From Malacoraja senta (taxonomy: Eukaryota): 64,000 nucleotides of DNA. The translations under genes and the position numbers were made by a program. The stretch spans positions 5,892,001-5,956,000 of the forward strand of contig CM075990.1 of the NCBI GenBank assembly GCA_038087875.1, in the 5' to 3' direction. Below the pieces are notes generated by a model that saw only the letters and a list, made by a program, of their open reading frames with translations, was not told where the DNA came from and searched no databases. Below, in pieces: positions 24,494 to 37,187 of the stretch. Numbering within the stretch: the stretch's first letter is position 1; every line of letters begins with the position of its first letter.

Positions 24494-25735
24494 TTAAGAA
24501 ATAAAGAAACTACAATTACACCAAGAGCAAAATGATTTTTTTCTCGCCTTCTTCATAGCAAAATCATCCAGAAGTTCACCAAGATTAGTTTGTCTAAGTT
24601 TGTCACTCTCAATGCACAGAATGCTCATTGTAGCCAACCTCTCTTGAGACATTGTGGACCTTAATTCATTTTTAATACTTTTGAGTCTTGAAAAATACCT
24701 CTCTCCCGAGCAGTTGGTGACCATTAAGCTAAGAAACAGCCGCAAGATTGCTTCCACATTAGGGAAGGCCATCTGAATTGTTTCCTTGTATATTATTTGA
24801 TAATGGTCTGTATGAGACAGAGAGTGCTCTTCTGTAGGCCTATGGCTTTGTCTCACGTACGAGTGAAAGTGCAAAAGTTCATCAGTAAGTTTCAGGTCAA
24901 CATCTTCTGGGTATGCTTCCATCAACAGTTCAACACCTTGTTGAATTTCTTGCTTAGATGCGGTCAGATTAGCAAGAAAGAAAAACTGTTGTGCAACTTC
25001 ACTGTACACAGTACCTCTTCTTTTTAAATTGGTTTCAAGTGCATCTAGTATAGGAATAAAGGATTTTATCCTAAACTGAAGAGAGTTTATCTAAAGCATC
25101 AGGACCAGGTGCACTTCCATCATTTTCCTTACTCTTTGTCTCCCTGTGACAGTTCTGTAGTTAACATCTGGCAAGGTGGCCTTTGCTTGTTGCTCAAGCC
25201 CATCAAAATCTTCTCTAATTTTGCTTACAAAATCCTGAAGTGAACTGTCCAAACTTGCACAAGTACTCAATAACAGTTTGGATTTCTGAATGGCTTTCTT
25301 TACCTTGTGGGAATGACCTAGCAGACGGGTCCAAAAATGCAGCATAAACACAAATTCCAGTTCTTCCATTTTCTGCAAAAGAAGCCTGATATCACCCTTC
25401 ACATTAACATCAAAGTACAAATGACTGAGGGCATCAGTGATAGCGTTGGACCTTTCCAAAATAGCTGCTGTGGCTTTTGCACGTGCCTCCCACCTAGTGT
25501 CTGACAAATATTTAGGCACTTTTGACTGAGGATGCAAAAATGATTTTAGAACTGCCCGTCTCTTTGTGGAGGATGAAAAGAAGGTATAAATTTCATTGAT
25601 AATTCCAAAACAGTTCACTGCATCAAGGCAGCAATCAACAGCCGAACGGCCCACCAAATTTAATGAGTGAGCAGCGCATGGAATAAATCTTGCAAATTTG
25701 TTTTTTTCAAGGATTTTTTGCTCCATACCCTTGGA
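24494..25735 (-). pseudogene. Broken hAT transposase (C-terminal half with hATC dimerisation domain)
   Basis: CAAHSLNLV, SDTRW and FPNV..ILRLFLSLMVTNCSGERYFSRLK..KNELRSTMSQERL in two separate ORFs; N-terminal half absent. Confidence 0.88.
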
Positions 25736-25739
25736 CTAT

Positions 25740-26100
25740 TCCCTCGGAAGAAGAGCTCCAACTCATTGAGGTGGGGATGGAGGGGGACAAAGGTGAGGCC
25801 TCTGCTGTGGGCAGACCGTTCGGTATCTGAGAGGGGGAGGTCAGGGGGGATGGTGAACACACGGCAGGGATGGGGGTTGGGGCCGGAGGAAGGCAGGTGA
25901 GTGGACTGAGGCCGAGGCGATGTCTGGTGGGGGCTGCTGGGTGGTCAGGGGGTAGGGGGTATGAGGACTGTAGTGTGGGTGGGAAGAGCTGGGGTCAAAT
26001 GGTTTGAGGGGAATGGGGAAGACCAAGTGGAACAGCCACTGAGGTTACCAAGGTTGAGGAACTAGCACTAGGACCCAGCGCAGTCAAACTCAGGGGAGTT
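25740..26100 (-). mobile_element. Penelope-like element ORF 5' fragment inside the hAT element
   Basis: FTIPPDLPLSDTERSAHSRGLTFVPLHPHLNE..ELFFR resembles the pre-RT 'LS..E.SVLS.GL.F.P' motif of Penelope-like ORFs. Boundaries approximate. Confidence 0.6.
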
Positions 26101-27049
26101 GGAGTCTGCAGCATGGAGACTTCAGGCCCGGTGCTGAGTCCAGGCTGCAGGTAAGGCGACGGCTGCGGGCTGCTGGAGGGCGGTGGAGTGGCCAGGGTCA
26201 GCGGTGGGCGGGAAACTGTGAGCAGGGTTAACTACGTAGCGGGTGGCTGCTCGTTCCCACCCACCCTTTACCCCGCCTGGAGCCTTACCTCTTCTCCCCT
26301 GAAGCAGGCAGTCGGAGCTGGTTCTGACATTGTTAAACTTGCAGCCGCGCACAGACTCGAACACTCCTGACTGTTGAAAGGACCAGGCTCAGAAAATACG
26401 AATATGTCCAAAGTTTTATACACCTTGGTGGAGCGGGCCGAGGCCCCCCTAGATCTCGAGGCCCTAAGCTTATGCTTGTCTAGCTTATACGTAAATCCGT
26501 CCCTGATTGCTTCTCTCCAGAGATACTGCCTGTCCCGCTGAGTTACTCCAGCACTTTGTGTCTATCTTTGGGTTAAACCAGCATCTGCAGTTCCTTCCCA
26601 TACATTTTGTTTGCACTATAAAGGTATGCTTTGCACTATTACAGACTGGTTACCTAATAATAACTGATCATTTATTGTACGATTGTAGATTTATTTGTTG
26701 TTATTGTGTTAATGTGCCTATAATGCTCTAGCAAGTAAGAATTTCATTGTTCTGTTTCTGGTATATATGAAAGTAAATACTCTTGACTCTTCAAGAAAAA
26801 GTTAAAGATTGTTTCAAACTTAAAACAATTAATTCTGAAAATAAAGTCGCTGGGCCAAACGATTTGACAGAGAAAAGAGATAGCAAAGAACAAAAGAATA
26901 TTGGGGAAGGAAACATTTGAAATACAAAAACAGATGGTAAAAATTATTATAGATTTTAACAAAGTATTAACAGAGTCTTACACAAAATGAGCATGGGGAA
27001 ACAGTAGTGAAAAACAATATAATGCAGGTGAATTATATCGATACACTGC

Positions 27050-28190
27050 ATCAGTATTCACTATTGGGAATACATAACATCCCAGAAATAACAATAGTTC
27101 AAGAATTGTAAGGGAGAAACTCGGGAAAATCACATCATCAGTGAAGTGGCACTAAGCAAGTTGTTGAAGCTGCTGGTTGGCAAGTCTCCTAATCCTAATA
27201 GGTTTCATCTGAAAGGCTTAATTGAAGTGCTCAATGCAATGGTTGATGCATTGGTTTTAATTTTTCAAAATACACTACATTTGGGGATTGGATTGAAAAC
27301 GTCCCCGAAATCCTTCTAGATGTACAAGACATTGGTGAGGCTGCATTTGGAGTGTCGTGTTCAATTTTGGTCAATGTTCAATGTTGTTAAGCAGGAAAGA
27401 GTGCAGAAAATATTTACGAGTATGAGAGCCTGAGCTATAGGGAGAGGTCGGACAGGCTTGGACCTTATTCCTTGGAGCACCGAAGGATGAGGGGTGATCT
27501 TATGGAGCAGTATATGACCATGAGGGGATTAGATACGGTGAATGCACAGTCTTTTGCTCAGAATGGGTGAATAAAGAACCAGAGGACATAGGTTTAAGAT
27601 CAGGGAGCTAATAGGAATCTAAGGGACAACTTTTTCACACACATATTGGTGAGTGTACGATACGATAGAACTTTATTTATCCCAGGAGGGAAATTGGTCT
27701 GCCAACTGTCATAAAACACAACAGGATACACGAAACATGAAATTAAAGTGACGAGTGGAAAGTCCAGGATTTGGGATATGCAAAGATTGGGGGGGGGGGG
27801 GGGGGGGAGGTGGAGGAGGAGTCTATCCCACAACAGAAGGGGGAGGAGTTGTACGGATTGATAGCCATTGGGAAATAAGGATCTCCTGTGGTGTCTGCCG
27901 CATCTTGGTGGAACCAGTCTGTTGTTGAAGGTGCTCCTCAGGTTGACCAGTGTGTCACTGAGGGGAATGTGCTGCATTATTTGCGGTAGTATATAGAGCA
28001 AGCTACCAGAGGAGGTCGTTGAGGCAGGCACAGTAACAATGTTTAAAATACACTTGGACAAGGACATGGATAGGAAAGGTTTAAAGGGATATGGGCCAAA
28101 TGCAGGGAAGTAGGGCAAGTGTAGATGGAGGCATCTTGGTCAGCATGGACATTGGGCCAAAGGCTTGTTTGTGTGCTTTAAAACGTTATG
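27050..28190 (+). mobile_element. Degenerate CR1 LINE fragments with a nested reverse Rex1-like tail (27655-27985)
   Basis: tacaagacattggtgagg, aggatgaggggtgatctt, gaaccagaggacataggtttaag. Confidence 0.7.
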
Positions 28191-28869
28191 AATGAATGAA
28201 TAAGTTTATTGGCCAAGTATTCACATACAAGGAATTTGCCTTGGTGCTCTGCTCGCAAGTGACAACATGACATACAGTGACAGTTAGGAATGACACATAA
28301 AGCATTAAACATTAATAAAAAAACATTATCGATTAAACATGTAAATTAAATAAATACCAGAGCAAAAGGAGGCTACAGTTTTTTGGTTATTGAGTAGAGC
28401 TACTACTCGTGGAAAATAGCTGTTTTTATATCTGGCTGTGGCAGCTTTGACAATTTATAATTCTTTAAATACAAATGTCTTATTTAAAAAGAAGAAACAT
28501 AAAGCAGGAAACTACAGCCCAATTAGCATTACAACTATCGTAGAGAAAATGTTAGAAGCTTTTATCAAAGACATTATAGTAGGCCACTGAAAAAAATCCA
28601 AGGTAATCAGACAAAGCAAACTTGGCTTAGTGAAAAGGAAATGGTGTTTCTTTGAAGAAATTACATGTACTTTGCATAAAGAGGATTTGATGAATTTCCA
28701 GAGGCATTAGATAAGATGTCACATCAAAGCATTTGGTGGAAAATAAAAGCTTATGGAGTAGGAGTTAATATTTTTCCCATGGAAAGAAATTGGCTGATAA
28801 GAAATAGTGAGGGGACGTTGATGGGTCTTTGTCTCATTGCTAAGGGCTGGACTATTGTGCCAGAGGAAA

Positions 28870-29235
28870 TATGTAGGAAGGAACTGCTGATGCTGGTTTA
28901 AACCAAAGATAGACACAAAGTGCTGGAGTAACTCAGCGGGACAGGCAGCATCTCTGGAGAGAAGGAATGGGTGATGTTTCGGGTCGAGAACCTTTCTTCA
29001 GACTGAGAGTCAGGGGAAAGGGAAACGAGAGATATAGACGTAGATAGAGATAGAACAAATGAATGAAAAATATGCAAAAAAGTAATGACAATAAAGGAAA
29101 CAGGCCATTGTTAGCTGTTCACTAGGTGAGGATGAGACCTTCTATGTCTCATGTTTCCCTTTCGCCTGAAAGAAGGGTCTCGACTCGAAATGTCACCATT
29201 CCTTCTCTCCAGATATGCTGCCTGTCCTGCTGATG
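28870..29235. mobile_element. Inverted pair of pLTR-derived repeats
   Basis: Minus copy from ~28870 extending past cttcagactgagagtc, then a plus copy ending at ~29235. Confidence 0.75.
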
Positions 29236-29907
29236 TTCATTTAAGTGAGATGAGGCAATATCTTATCTCTCAGAAGGTTTGGAATCTCTGGAACTCCTCT
29301 TCAAACGTGCCAGAAGCAGCATGAATATTTTTAGATGCTATGTTGAGAATTGGTAGGTTGAGTAGTTGAGATTACAATCAGAGCAGCCATGATATTATTA
29401 AATGGGAGAGCAGACTTTAAAACGTTATTGTCTACTGATAATTGACAGGTTGAAAGTATTCAAGCAAAGGTAGACATATGTTTGGTTCTTAGGGCAGTTA
29501 AGAGTTATGGGGAATAGAGAAGAACATCAGCTCAGCCACAATCTTATTAAATTGTGGAGAGAGAAAAGGGGCCACCTGGCCTTCTCCTTCTCCAGTTTCC
29601 CAAATTCTCGTGCATTATCCAGTCTCAGGCGTGGTGAAGGTCTATGGTGCACTCGATGACACTGGCAGCAGGGGAAGTTAAATGCACAAACTAAAAAGTG
29701 CTTTCTTCAATGGTGGAGAAAGGTAAGGGAAGAACATGCTGGCAGTGGGAGAGTAATGATACGGGTTGTGGCCAGGAAATTTCCATCACTGAGGTTCCAA
29801 TGGTCTCTAGGTAGTCACCAACATGCCATAATGACAAACCATTCCCCCTACCATTACACATACCAGCCTTGCAAAGAACCATGCGTGCATTTACCCTTCG
29901 AAGGAGT

Positions 29908-30040
29908 GAGTCTGAAGAAGGGTCTCGAACCAAAACATCACCCATTCCTTTTCCCCAAATATGCTGCCTGTCCCGCTGAGTTACTCCAACATTTTGGGTC
30001 TTTCTTCAGTGTAAAGCAGCATCTGCAGTTCCTTCCAACA
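29908..30040 (+). mobile_element. Penelope-pLTR-derived short repeat
   Basis: gagtctgaagaagggtctcgaacc...cagcatctgcagttccttcc. Confidence 0.75.
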
Positions 30041-30786
30041 CATCACCTATGTTTGTGTTAGCTGATGTCTGTTTACAAGAGATGAATGCATTTAATTTTC
30101 CATCTTGGCCTAGTGGGATTTGATTCCACAGCCAAAGTTTAAATGATGAGGATTGAAACACATAGGTTTGTGTGAATCGATTGGAGGGTGGGTGTACAGA
30201 GGTGACAACCATTCCCTTTCCCTTACGAGTCGTGGAGCATGGAAACAGGCCCTTTGGCCCAACTTGTACATGCTGATCAAGATGCTCCATCTAAGCTGGT
30301 CCCATTTGTCAAACTTTTGGCCCATATCTCTCGAAACCTTACGTATCCATGCACTTGTCCAAGTGTTTATAAATGTTGTCAGAATACATTCCTCAACTAC
30401 CTCCTCTGGCTTATACCCACCACCCTCTGAATGGAAAAAGTTGCCCCTCAGAATTGTATTAAATCTTTAACCTTCTACCTTAAACCTACATCCTCTGGTG
30501 TTTGATTCTGCTTGCCTGGGTAAAATTATTTGTGCATTCACCTTATTTACTCACCTCATTTTATACACCTATATAAGATCACCCCTCAGCCTCCTGCACT
30601 CCATGGAATAAAGACCTAACCTGCCCAACCTCTCCCTGTATCTCAGTTCCTCGCGTCCTGGCAACAACCTCATAAATCTTTCTCTGCACTCTTTCCAACT
30701 TATTGACATCCTTCCTATAGAAGGGTGACCAAAAGTGAACATTGTGCCCCAAATGTGGCTTCACCAACATCTTCCACAACTGTCAA

Positions 30787-31114
30787 GGCCCTGTCCCATT
30801 GTACGAGTTCATTCCAAGAGCTTTCCCGAGTTAAAAAAAAATCAAACTCATGATAAGCACGGAGAATGAACGTAGCGGGTACGTCGGAGCTCGGGGACGT
30901 CTCTTAGCGGCTCGTAACGCTAACGGCAGGTATTCGGGAAGACTCGCTAACGGCAGGTAAGCTCGGGAAGACTCGTGAAGATTTTTCAACATGTTGAAAA
31001 ATGTCCACGAGAGCCCCGAGTACCGACAAGCGGTCATTACCGTAAATCTCTGAGTTCGAATCAGGGCAAACTCAGGAGAACTCTTGGAACGAACTCGTAC
31101 CGTGAGACAGGGCC
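30787..31114. mobile_element. MITE with related TIR core, inserted in a CR1 fragment (copy at 38813-39140)
   Basis: TIR GGCCCTGTCCCA..GTACGAGTTC.TTCCAAGAG at both ends. Confidence 0.75.
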
Positions 31115-31225
31115 ATAACATAATGTCCAAATGTCTCTACTGAATACCCTGACTGATGAAGGACAATATACCAAATGCCTTTTTGACCACTTTAATCTAC
31201 CTGTGACGCCACTTTCAAGTAACTA

Positions 31226-31533
31226 GGGCGGCAAGGTGGCGCATCAGTAGAATTGCTGCCTTATAGCGCTTGCAGCGCCAGAGACACGGGTTCGATCCTG
31301 ATGACCGAAGCTGTCTGTACGGAGATTGTACGTTCTCCCCGTGACCTGCGTGGGTTTTCTCCAAGTTCTTCGGTTTCCTTCTACACTCCAAAGATGTACA
31401 GGTTTGTAGGTTAATTGGCTTGGTAAAAGTAAAAATTGTCCCTAATGTGTGTGTAGGATAGTGTTAATATGCAGGGATCGCTGGTCGGCGTGGGCCGAAG
31501 GGCCTGTTTCCGCGCTGTATCTCTAAACTAAAC
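31226..31533 (+). mobile_element. tRNA-derived SINE (copy at 39252-39559)
   Basis: gggcggcaaggtggcgca...gggttcgatcc...gggccgaagggcctgtttccgcgctgtatctctaaactaaac. Confidence 0.85.
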
Positions 31534-32530
31534 AATGTACCTGCACTCCTAGATTCCTCTGCTCTACAACGTTCCACATTGCCCTGCTATTAACTGTGAT
31601 GCTCCTACCTGGTTGTCTTTCCCAAATGCAACACCTCACACTTATCTGCATCAAATTCTATTAGCCATTCCTCATTCCAGCTTGTCCAGCTGATGAAGCT
31701 GGAATGAGGAATATTTCATAGCTGCCGTAATATTTCATAGCTTTTAGACATAGTTTCATAATTTTTAATAGTCTGTATACCCTTTATCCTTACTAGCCAC
31801 TTTCTGAGACTCAAGTATGGAATTAACACCAAAGGAGGAAAGGCATTCCTTAATCAGGGTGAGATTGTTCATCTTATTTCTCATTTGCATCCTGACTCAA
31901 GGATTTGAAACCATTTTGGCATTTTCTTTGGCCTGTTAGTCCCTTCCTCTGACAAGCTAGAGTTAAAACTCTGCGGTAGATAAGGGTATTATCTGGAATA
32001 ACCTGATAACAAGGCTTTAGAACATGAAGAAGGGAGTCATCAACAAGAATCAGTAGCAGGTCTTCAAGATTAAAGTTGAGAGGCTACATCTTTTTCAAAG
32101 TGCTGCAGGTCAAACCAGTACATTGAGCAGCCTGCCAGAGACATGGTTAATTCAGAACCAGCGTAATGACTAGACAGTTTAAACAAATAACGATTATTAC
32201 AAGGACAAGACTGAGAGCATTTTAAAACCACTGTAATATAAGGTCATTCACATGACTATTATAAAGCAGGTCTCTTGAGGACTTGGTTTGAATCCTGGAT
32301 GATATTGAGTGGGTGTTGGGCAGCATACACACCTGTCTATGCTTCTTGAGTGCCGCACCTGAACCACATCTAGGGCTAGGACTGGTGTTGGCAGTCTTGA
32401 TACTCTGTCCTTAAAAACCTTTTGCTGAGGTGAATACTGGTGGTCAAGATATGATTGAATGATGGAGTAGACTTGATGGGCCGAATGGCCTAATACCATT
32501 CCTATCGCTAATGAAAGCAGCATTGCAATA

Positions 32531-32770
32531 TGTAGGAAAGAACTGCAGATGCTAATTCACACCGGATAGACACAAAATGCTGGAGCAACTCAGCAGGACA
32601 GGCAGCACCTCTGGATGGAAGGAATAGGTGACGTTTCGGGTCGAGACTCTTCTTCAGACTCAGACCCTTCTCCCAGTCTGAAGAAGGGACTCGACCTTAA
32701 AACGTCACCCATTCCTTTTATCCAGAGATGCTGCCTGTCCCACTGAGTTACTCCCGCATTTAGTGTCTAT
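32531..32770. mobile_element. Inverted pair of pLTR-derived repeats with a 13-bp TSD (copy at 40557-40796)
   Basis: CAGCATTGCAATA at 32518-32530 and 32771-32783. Confidence 0.82.
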
Positions 32771-33659
32771 CAGCATTGCAATAGATCTATACTTGAGAAA
32801 GAGAGAAAGCAAGAGGCATTTTTGCGAGAATAGTTGAGAATGGGGAGATGCAATAAAGACATTGCAATTTGCTAGCTGTTATAGAGTTTATTTGCAGAAC
32901 CACTGGTTGGACTACTCCTGACCCAATACTGATGGGACCTCCAACACAAGTTCTGAACCTTTTCAGAGAGTGCTTAATGTCCCAACCTCAGAAATCTTCT
33001 TGGTGACCTCTTCAAATTTGTGAGATGTGATTTCCTATGAGAGCCATGAACTGAATATTAATCAGAAGGACATCAAGACATTTTTTGAACATTGTCAATC
33101 AGTAGTGTACATATTATATCAGAGAATTAAAATGCCTCTTGATTGAGTCAATACTGATGCCATTGGATCTCAAGGAGTCTCCTATTCAAAGGGAAAGCAG
33201 TGCTTTTGAGGATAGACTGGTGGGGGAGAGGGAATAGGCCAAGCAATGAAATCTCCAGAAACTTCGCAACAAGTGTTGCTATCTCTATAAGTAATTAAAA
33301 GTTTTCAAAGAGTGAATAAAAGAGAGTCGATTCACGAAGACAGATTCAATGAAACATATCAGAATCAGAATAACTGCATATAGTTCTTGCTGCCATCCAA
33401 TTGATTACAGGCTTAAAATAAATAGATTTACAGAGTTTTTCCAAATGAAAATGTCTCCAATTCATTGTTCCCTGCTGAATCCTGCTTTTTTATTGCTAGG
33501 GATGGTCTGGGAGAGGATGTTGACATTGGTTTGCTCATCCTTCCAGTATATTAGGAGGGTTTTCTAGACAGCATTGATAGTCCAGGGGTCAGAAGGGTAG
33601 GAGACACTGCAGTGGCATCCATGAGTTCTACACTGGGTTTGAGGCCAGCTTTAATACTA

Positions 33660-34212
33660 GATTTTTTAGGCAGTCCAGGTGACTAGGCTGTCACCACATG
33701 GTCACCGGGGTGTCACCTGTATGGTCATGAGTAGTCTCCTCAGCCGCCCAAAGAGTTGTAGCGTTTTTTGGGTCACCGCTGGATTTTGAAATGTTCAACA
33801 TTTTCAGCGAGTCAGCAACAGTGGGCTTGACGCCAATGAGCGTAGCTTGACTTCTCCTGATGTAGGTGCTGTCATAGTTGTCGCCAGGAAGTTGTCACCA
33901 GGAGACGTAGGTTGGTGCCGGTGCTGACTTCGGTGAATTTCATCGGCGACTACCTACGTCAACGAGCGAAAGGTACCGGTGACTGAATTGTCTTAAGTTG
34001 TCTTCAGTTGTTACTGACAGGGTCGTAGCTTGTCGCGGGTGGACGTAGGTTGTCGTAGGTGTGGTCATAGGTGGACGTCCTAATCGGTCGCCGGTTGTCG
34101 GTAGCTTGCCGTAGCTTGACATCGACGAGGTGGTAGGCTGTCGTAGCTTGTCGTAGACATTGTCGTATGGGGGGTCCAGTCGCCGAAAAAATCACCTAAG
34201 TGGTACAGGCCC
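33660..34212. mobile_element. MITE-like element, only the right TIR evident (copy at 41686-42238)
   Basis: CpG-rich GTCGTAG/GTCGCC repeats ending in aagtggtacaggcccttaa. Confidence 0.6.
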
Positions 34213-34239
34213 TTAAGGCCCACGCTCCTGCATGCTTCA

Positions 34240-34895
34240 CTGAATGCACCAGCAATGCCTTGGAGCATGGCCACAGTCTATTATGTTTAGCTTGCCACAT
34301 CATTTGCATGCCTGATACCAGACTCCCCAAACAGACATTTCATTCTGAGGATAGACACAAAATGCTGGAATAACTCTGCAGGTCAGATAGAATCTCTGGA
34401 GAAAAGGAATAGATGACGTTTCGGGTTGAGACCCTTCTTGAAGGTGTTCTTTTTCTCCAGAGATGCTGCCCGACCTGTTGAGTTACTCCAGCATTCTGTG
34501 TCTTATCTTCAGTGTAAACCAGCATCTGCAGTTCCTTCTCACACGTTCTATTCTGAGCACGATATTGAGTGGAAATTAACAAGTAGATGGAGAAAATGCT
34601 CCAAAGATGCGCTCAAAGCTTTCTTGAAGCAGTGCAACAACCCAACTGACTCCGCGTTACCTCAAAATGGCGGAGGAGCAGTTGGGATGGTATTGAGTGC
34701 CATTAGACTATGCATTAAGAGCACACCAAAGCCTTCTGTAGACAGTGGAAGGAATGCATCGCAGAACAAGTTGCCCACACACACTGTCCGCCACCTCCTC
34801 CCCAGTCTGTGAAAGACTTCATTAGCTGCTCAAGAACAGAAAAAGTCAGAGGAGAAGAAAGTCATCCTCAATTCCGAGGGACTGCCTAAGAAGTA
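34240..34895 (+). mobile_element. RTE-clade LINE 3' remnant with an inserted inverted pLTR pair (34350-34549; ATTCTGAG direct repeats)
   Basis: HIICMPDTRLPKQ.. and KDALKAFLKQCN remnants; gggactgcctaagaag tail. Confidence 0.6.
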
Positions 34896-37039
34896 GATTC
34901 TGTTTATTGGCTAAGTATATATTTATGTTGAATCTACTGAGTACTCTGTTCTTTATCGTTGCAAATTCGTGTATTCAATAGTGATTAGCGACCTTCAGTA
35001 AATGTTACGTGACATAAGAAACTGCAGACGTTGTAATCTTGAGCAAAGCACAAAGTGCTGGAGGAACTCAGCAGGTCAAGCAGCATCTGTGGTGGAGGTG
35101 GACAGATGACATTTTGGGTTGTGACCCTTCTTCAGTCTGAAGCAAAGATCCTATAGCGGAGCTTGCTATAGCAAGCTCGGCTATAGGATCTTTGCTTCAG
35201 ACTGAGCCTGAAGAAGTGTGGAGACCCAAAACATTGTCTGTCCATTTCCTCCACCGATGCTGCCCGACCTGCTAAGTTCCTCTAGCACTTTGTGTAGTGC
35301 TTTAGTAAATGTTTTACGGTTTACATTTTTATCAATAACAAAGGGAATTGAGTGAATAAGCATCTAGCAAATCAGTTGTCCTTCTCACATAACGATAGGA
35401 AATACTGAAAATCCTCAGCAGTTTCGGCACACAAAATCAATGGTAATCGCTGTGTTTCATCAGAACTGTAGTTACATTTTGCAAAGAAAAGGAGAAGGGA
35501 GAAGGACAAAGGAAATGTCTGACATAAGGCATAATGGAGGAGACTGAATGTTATGCACGCCTAGAAAAGACAAGTAAAATGTAGTTTATAACAAAAGGTT
35601 TTTCTTACTTTGCCCATTTCAGATGATAGATCATTGAACTGTTAACTTTGTTTCTCCCTCCATAGAGGTTACTTCACCTTGAAAGTGTTTCCAGTATTTT
35701 CTGTTGACTTTGAAAGCAACAGCGATACCCACACTTTCCCTGTGTGTATTCGAGCTGTCCAGTTCTGATGAAACGTCAAGAGCCTCAATTGTTAACTTCT
35801 CCAGCTGTAGTTGCTGTCTTACCCTCTGGGTATTCTCAGCATTGTATTTTATTTCAGATTTGCAGCAACTGTTGTGTTTTATGCCTCACCAATCCAGTCT
35901 CATTCATCTTCCATTAATACCCCATCCATGTCAGCTGCAGTTAACAAGCCCTCAAACCTCCGAGAAGCCCCATTACCATCTGTGTTCTTTTATTTGTTGC
36001 TATCCACAATCCCTACCTTCCTCTATTAACTCCCTACTGCAATCTCATCCCACTTCTCAGCAACTTAAAACATGCTTGTTTTCTATCTCGTGCTCTCTCT
36101 ACAACTGTCCTGCTGACTATTACTAGAACTTTTCTTTTTAGAGCACAGTAATATTGAACTGCTAAGAGCAAGCACAAACTTTTTTTATTCAGCTACGAGT
36201 TCAGCATCTCGAACGTAATAGGTTTTATCTAAATCAAAAATAAAAGTGACTGTTTCACAACTAATGGATGAAAGCCAATGAAACAATAGGTTTTGTTTAT
36301 TTTAAATAAACTTAATTCCAAGTCAAAAATGTGAGTCTAATAAACCAGTGTTTGGGGGAATGTGAGATTTGGGAGAGCTGAATAATTTTATCTCTGTTTT
36401 CAGTTAAATGACACCTTATTTGCTTTGAAATACCACTGCAACTTCAACAACCTCTTAATTGCTCAACATAAAAAGGCAGCTAAATTAAACCTCATTGCTC
36501 TGACCTTGCAATTGACGAACACACGGGAGTGGATTCAACTGATAAGATGATTAAAATAAGGGAAGAAAATTGGGTAAAAGGCAAAAAAAAAAATGGAAGC
36601 ATAGGTCAGGGATTGGGAGGCCGAATTATGTGAAATGCTGTGTTCTTGATTTGAAAGATTAGCCAACATATCAAATAATGTAGTTTTGGCAAGTGTCTAT
36701 TAACATGACAGGATAGTATATTTTGATTTGGAGAATATTTGTCGTCAATGTCCCAGTACACTTACTGACTTTCATATTTGCATTTTACTTTTAAATTACA
36801 ACATCAACTTTATTAATGATTATCACATCCAGAGGTGAATTGGTTAAGAACCTGCCAGAGGACAGTTACACTGAGAGCAAGTAGGTTGTTAATCATAGAG
36901 CCATGTCAAAGTGGGGTTTACAGAATGGTAAAGGTATGGGGAAGAGATGCAGCGGGTCAGAGGAAATTGTCAACCCAGCTACTTTTGCTCTTTGATTTGG
37001 GCATTCAGCAGCATATCAGTTCAGCGCCCATTTTAAAGC

Positions 37040-37187
37040 CTACTGTTGCTCTGCGAACATTTTTTTACACATTTCGGAATTGGCTTGATGCAGAGGCAAT
37101 TCTGCTCCCTGAAAAGTCCTTGTTCTCTTCTTCCTCTTGGAAAACACTACATGCTCTTGCAATGATTTGTAGATCGTAACCTTCTCT
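37040..37187 (-). other. Second identical copy of the MTTP-like terminal exon inside the apparent assembly duplication
   Basis: Same sequence as 45066-45213 at an offset of 8026. Confidence 0.85.

Larger units (their letters stand above)
23968..26505 (-). mobile_element. hAT-superfamily DNA transposon (Tip100-like), defective
   Basis: TIRs CAGGGCCGGATTTA / TAAATCCGTCCCTG; 8-bp TSD ATTGCTTC at 23960-23967 and 26506-26513; internal transposase remnants. Confidence 0.92.
30230..31700 (-). mobile_element. CR1 LINE fragment hosting a MITE and a SINE (copy at +8026)
   Basis: LVKPHL...FWSPFYRKDVNKLERVQR. Confidence 0.75.

Noticed and set aside
24494..25726. Domesticated ZMYM1/ZBED-like host gene
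   Set aside because: Broken into separate ORFs, N-terminally truncated, and still enclosed by TIRs and a TSD.
31226..31310. tRNA gene
   Set aside because: The A/B-box-like head runs into a SINE body and tail that recur many times in the window; no complete cloverleaf.
37040..37187. Alternative terminal exon or tandem duplication of the MTTP-like gene
   Set aside because: It lies inside an identical duplication that ends exactly at an N gap; an assembly artefact is far more likely.
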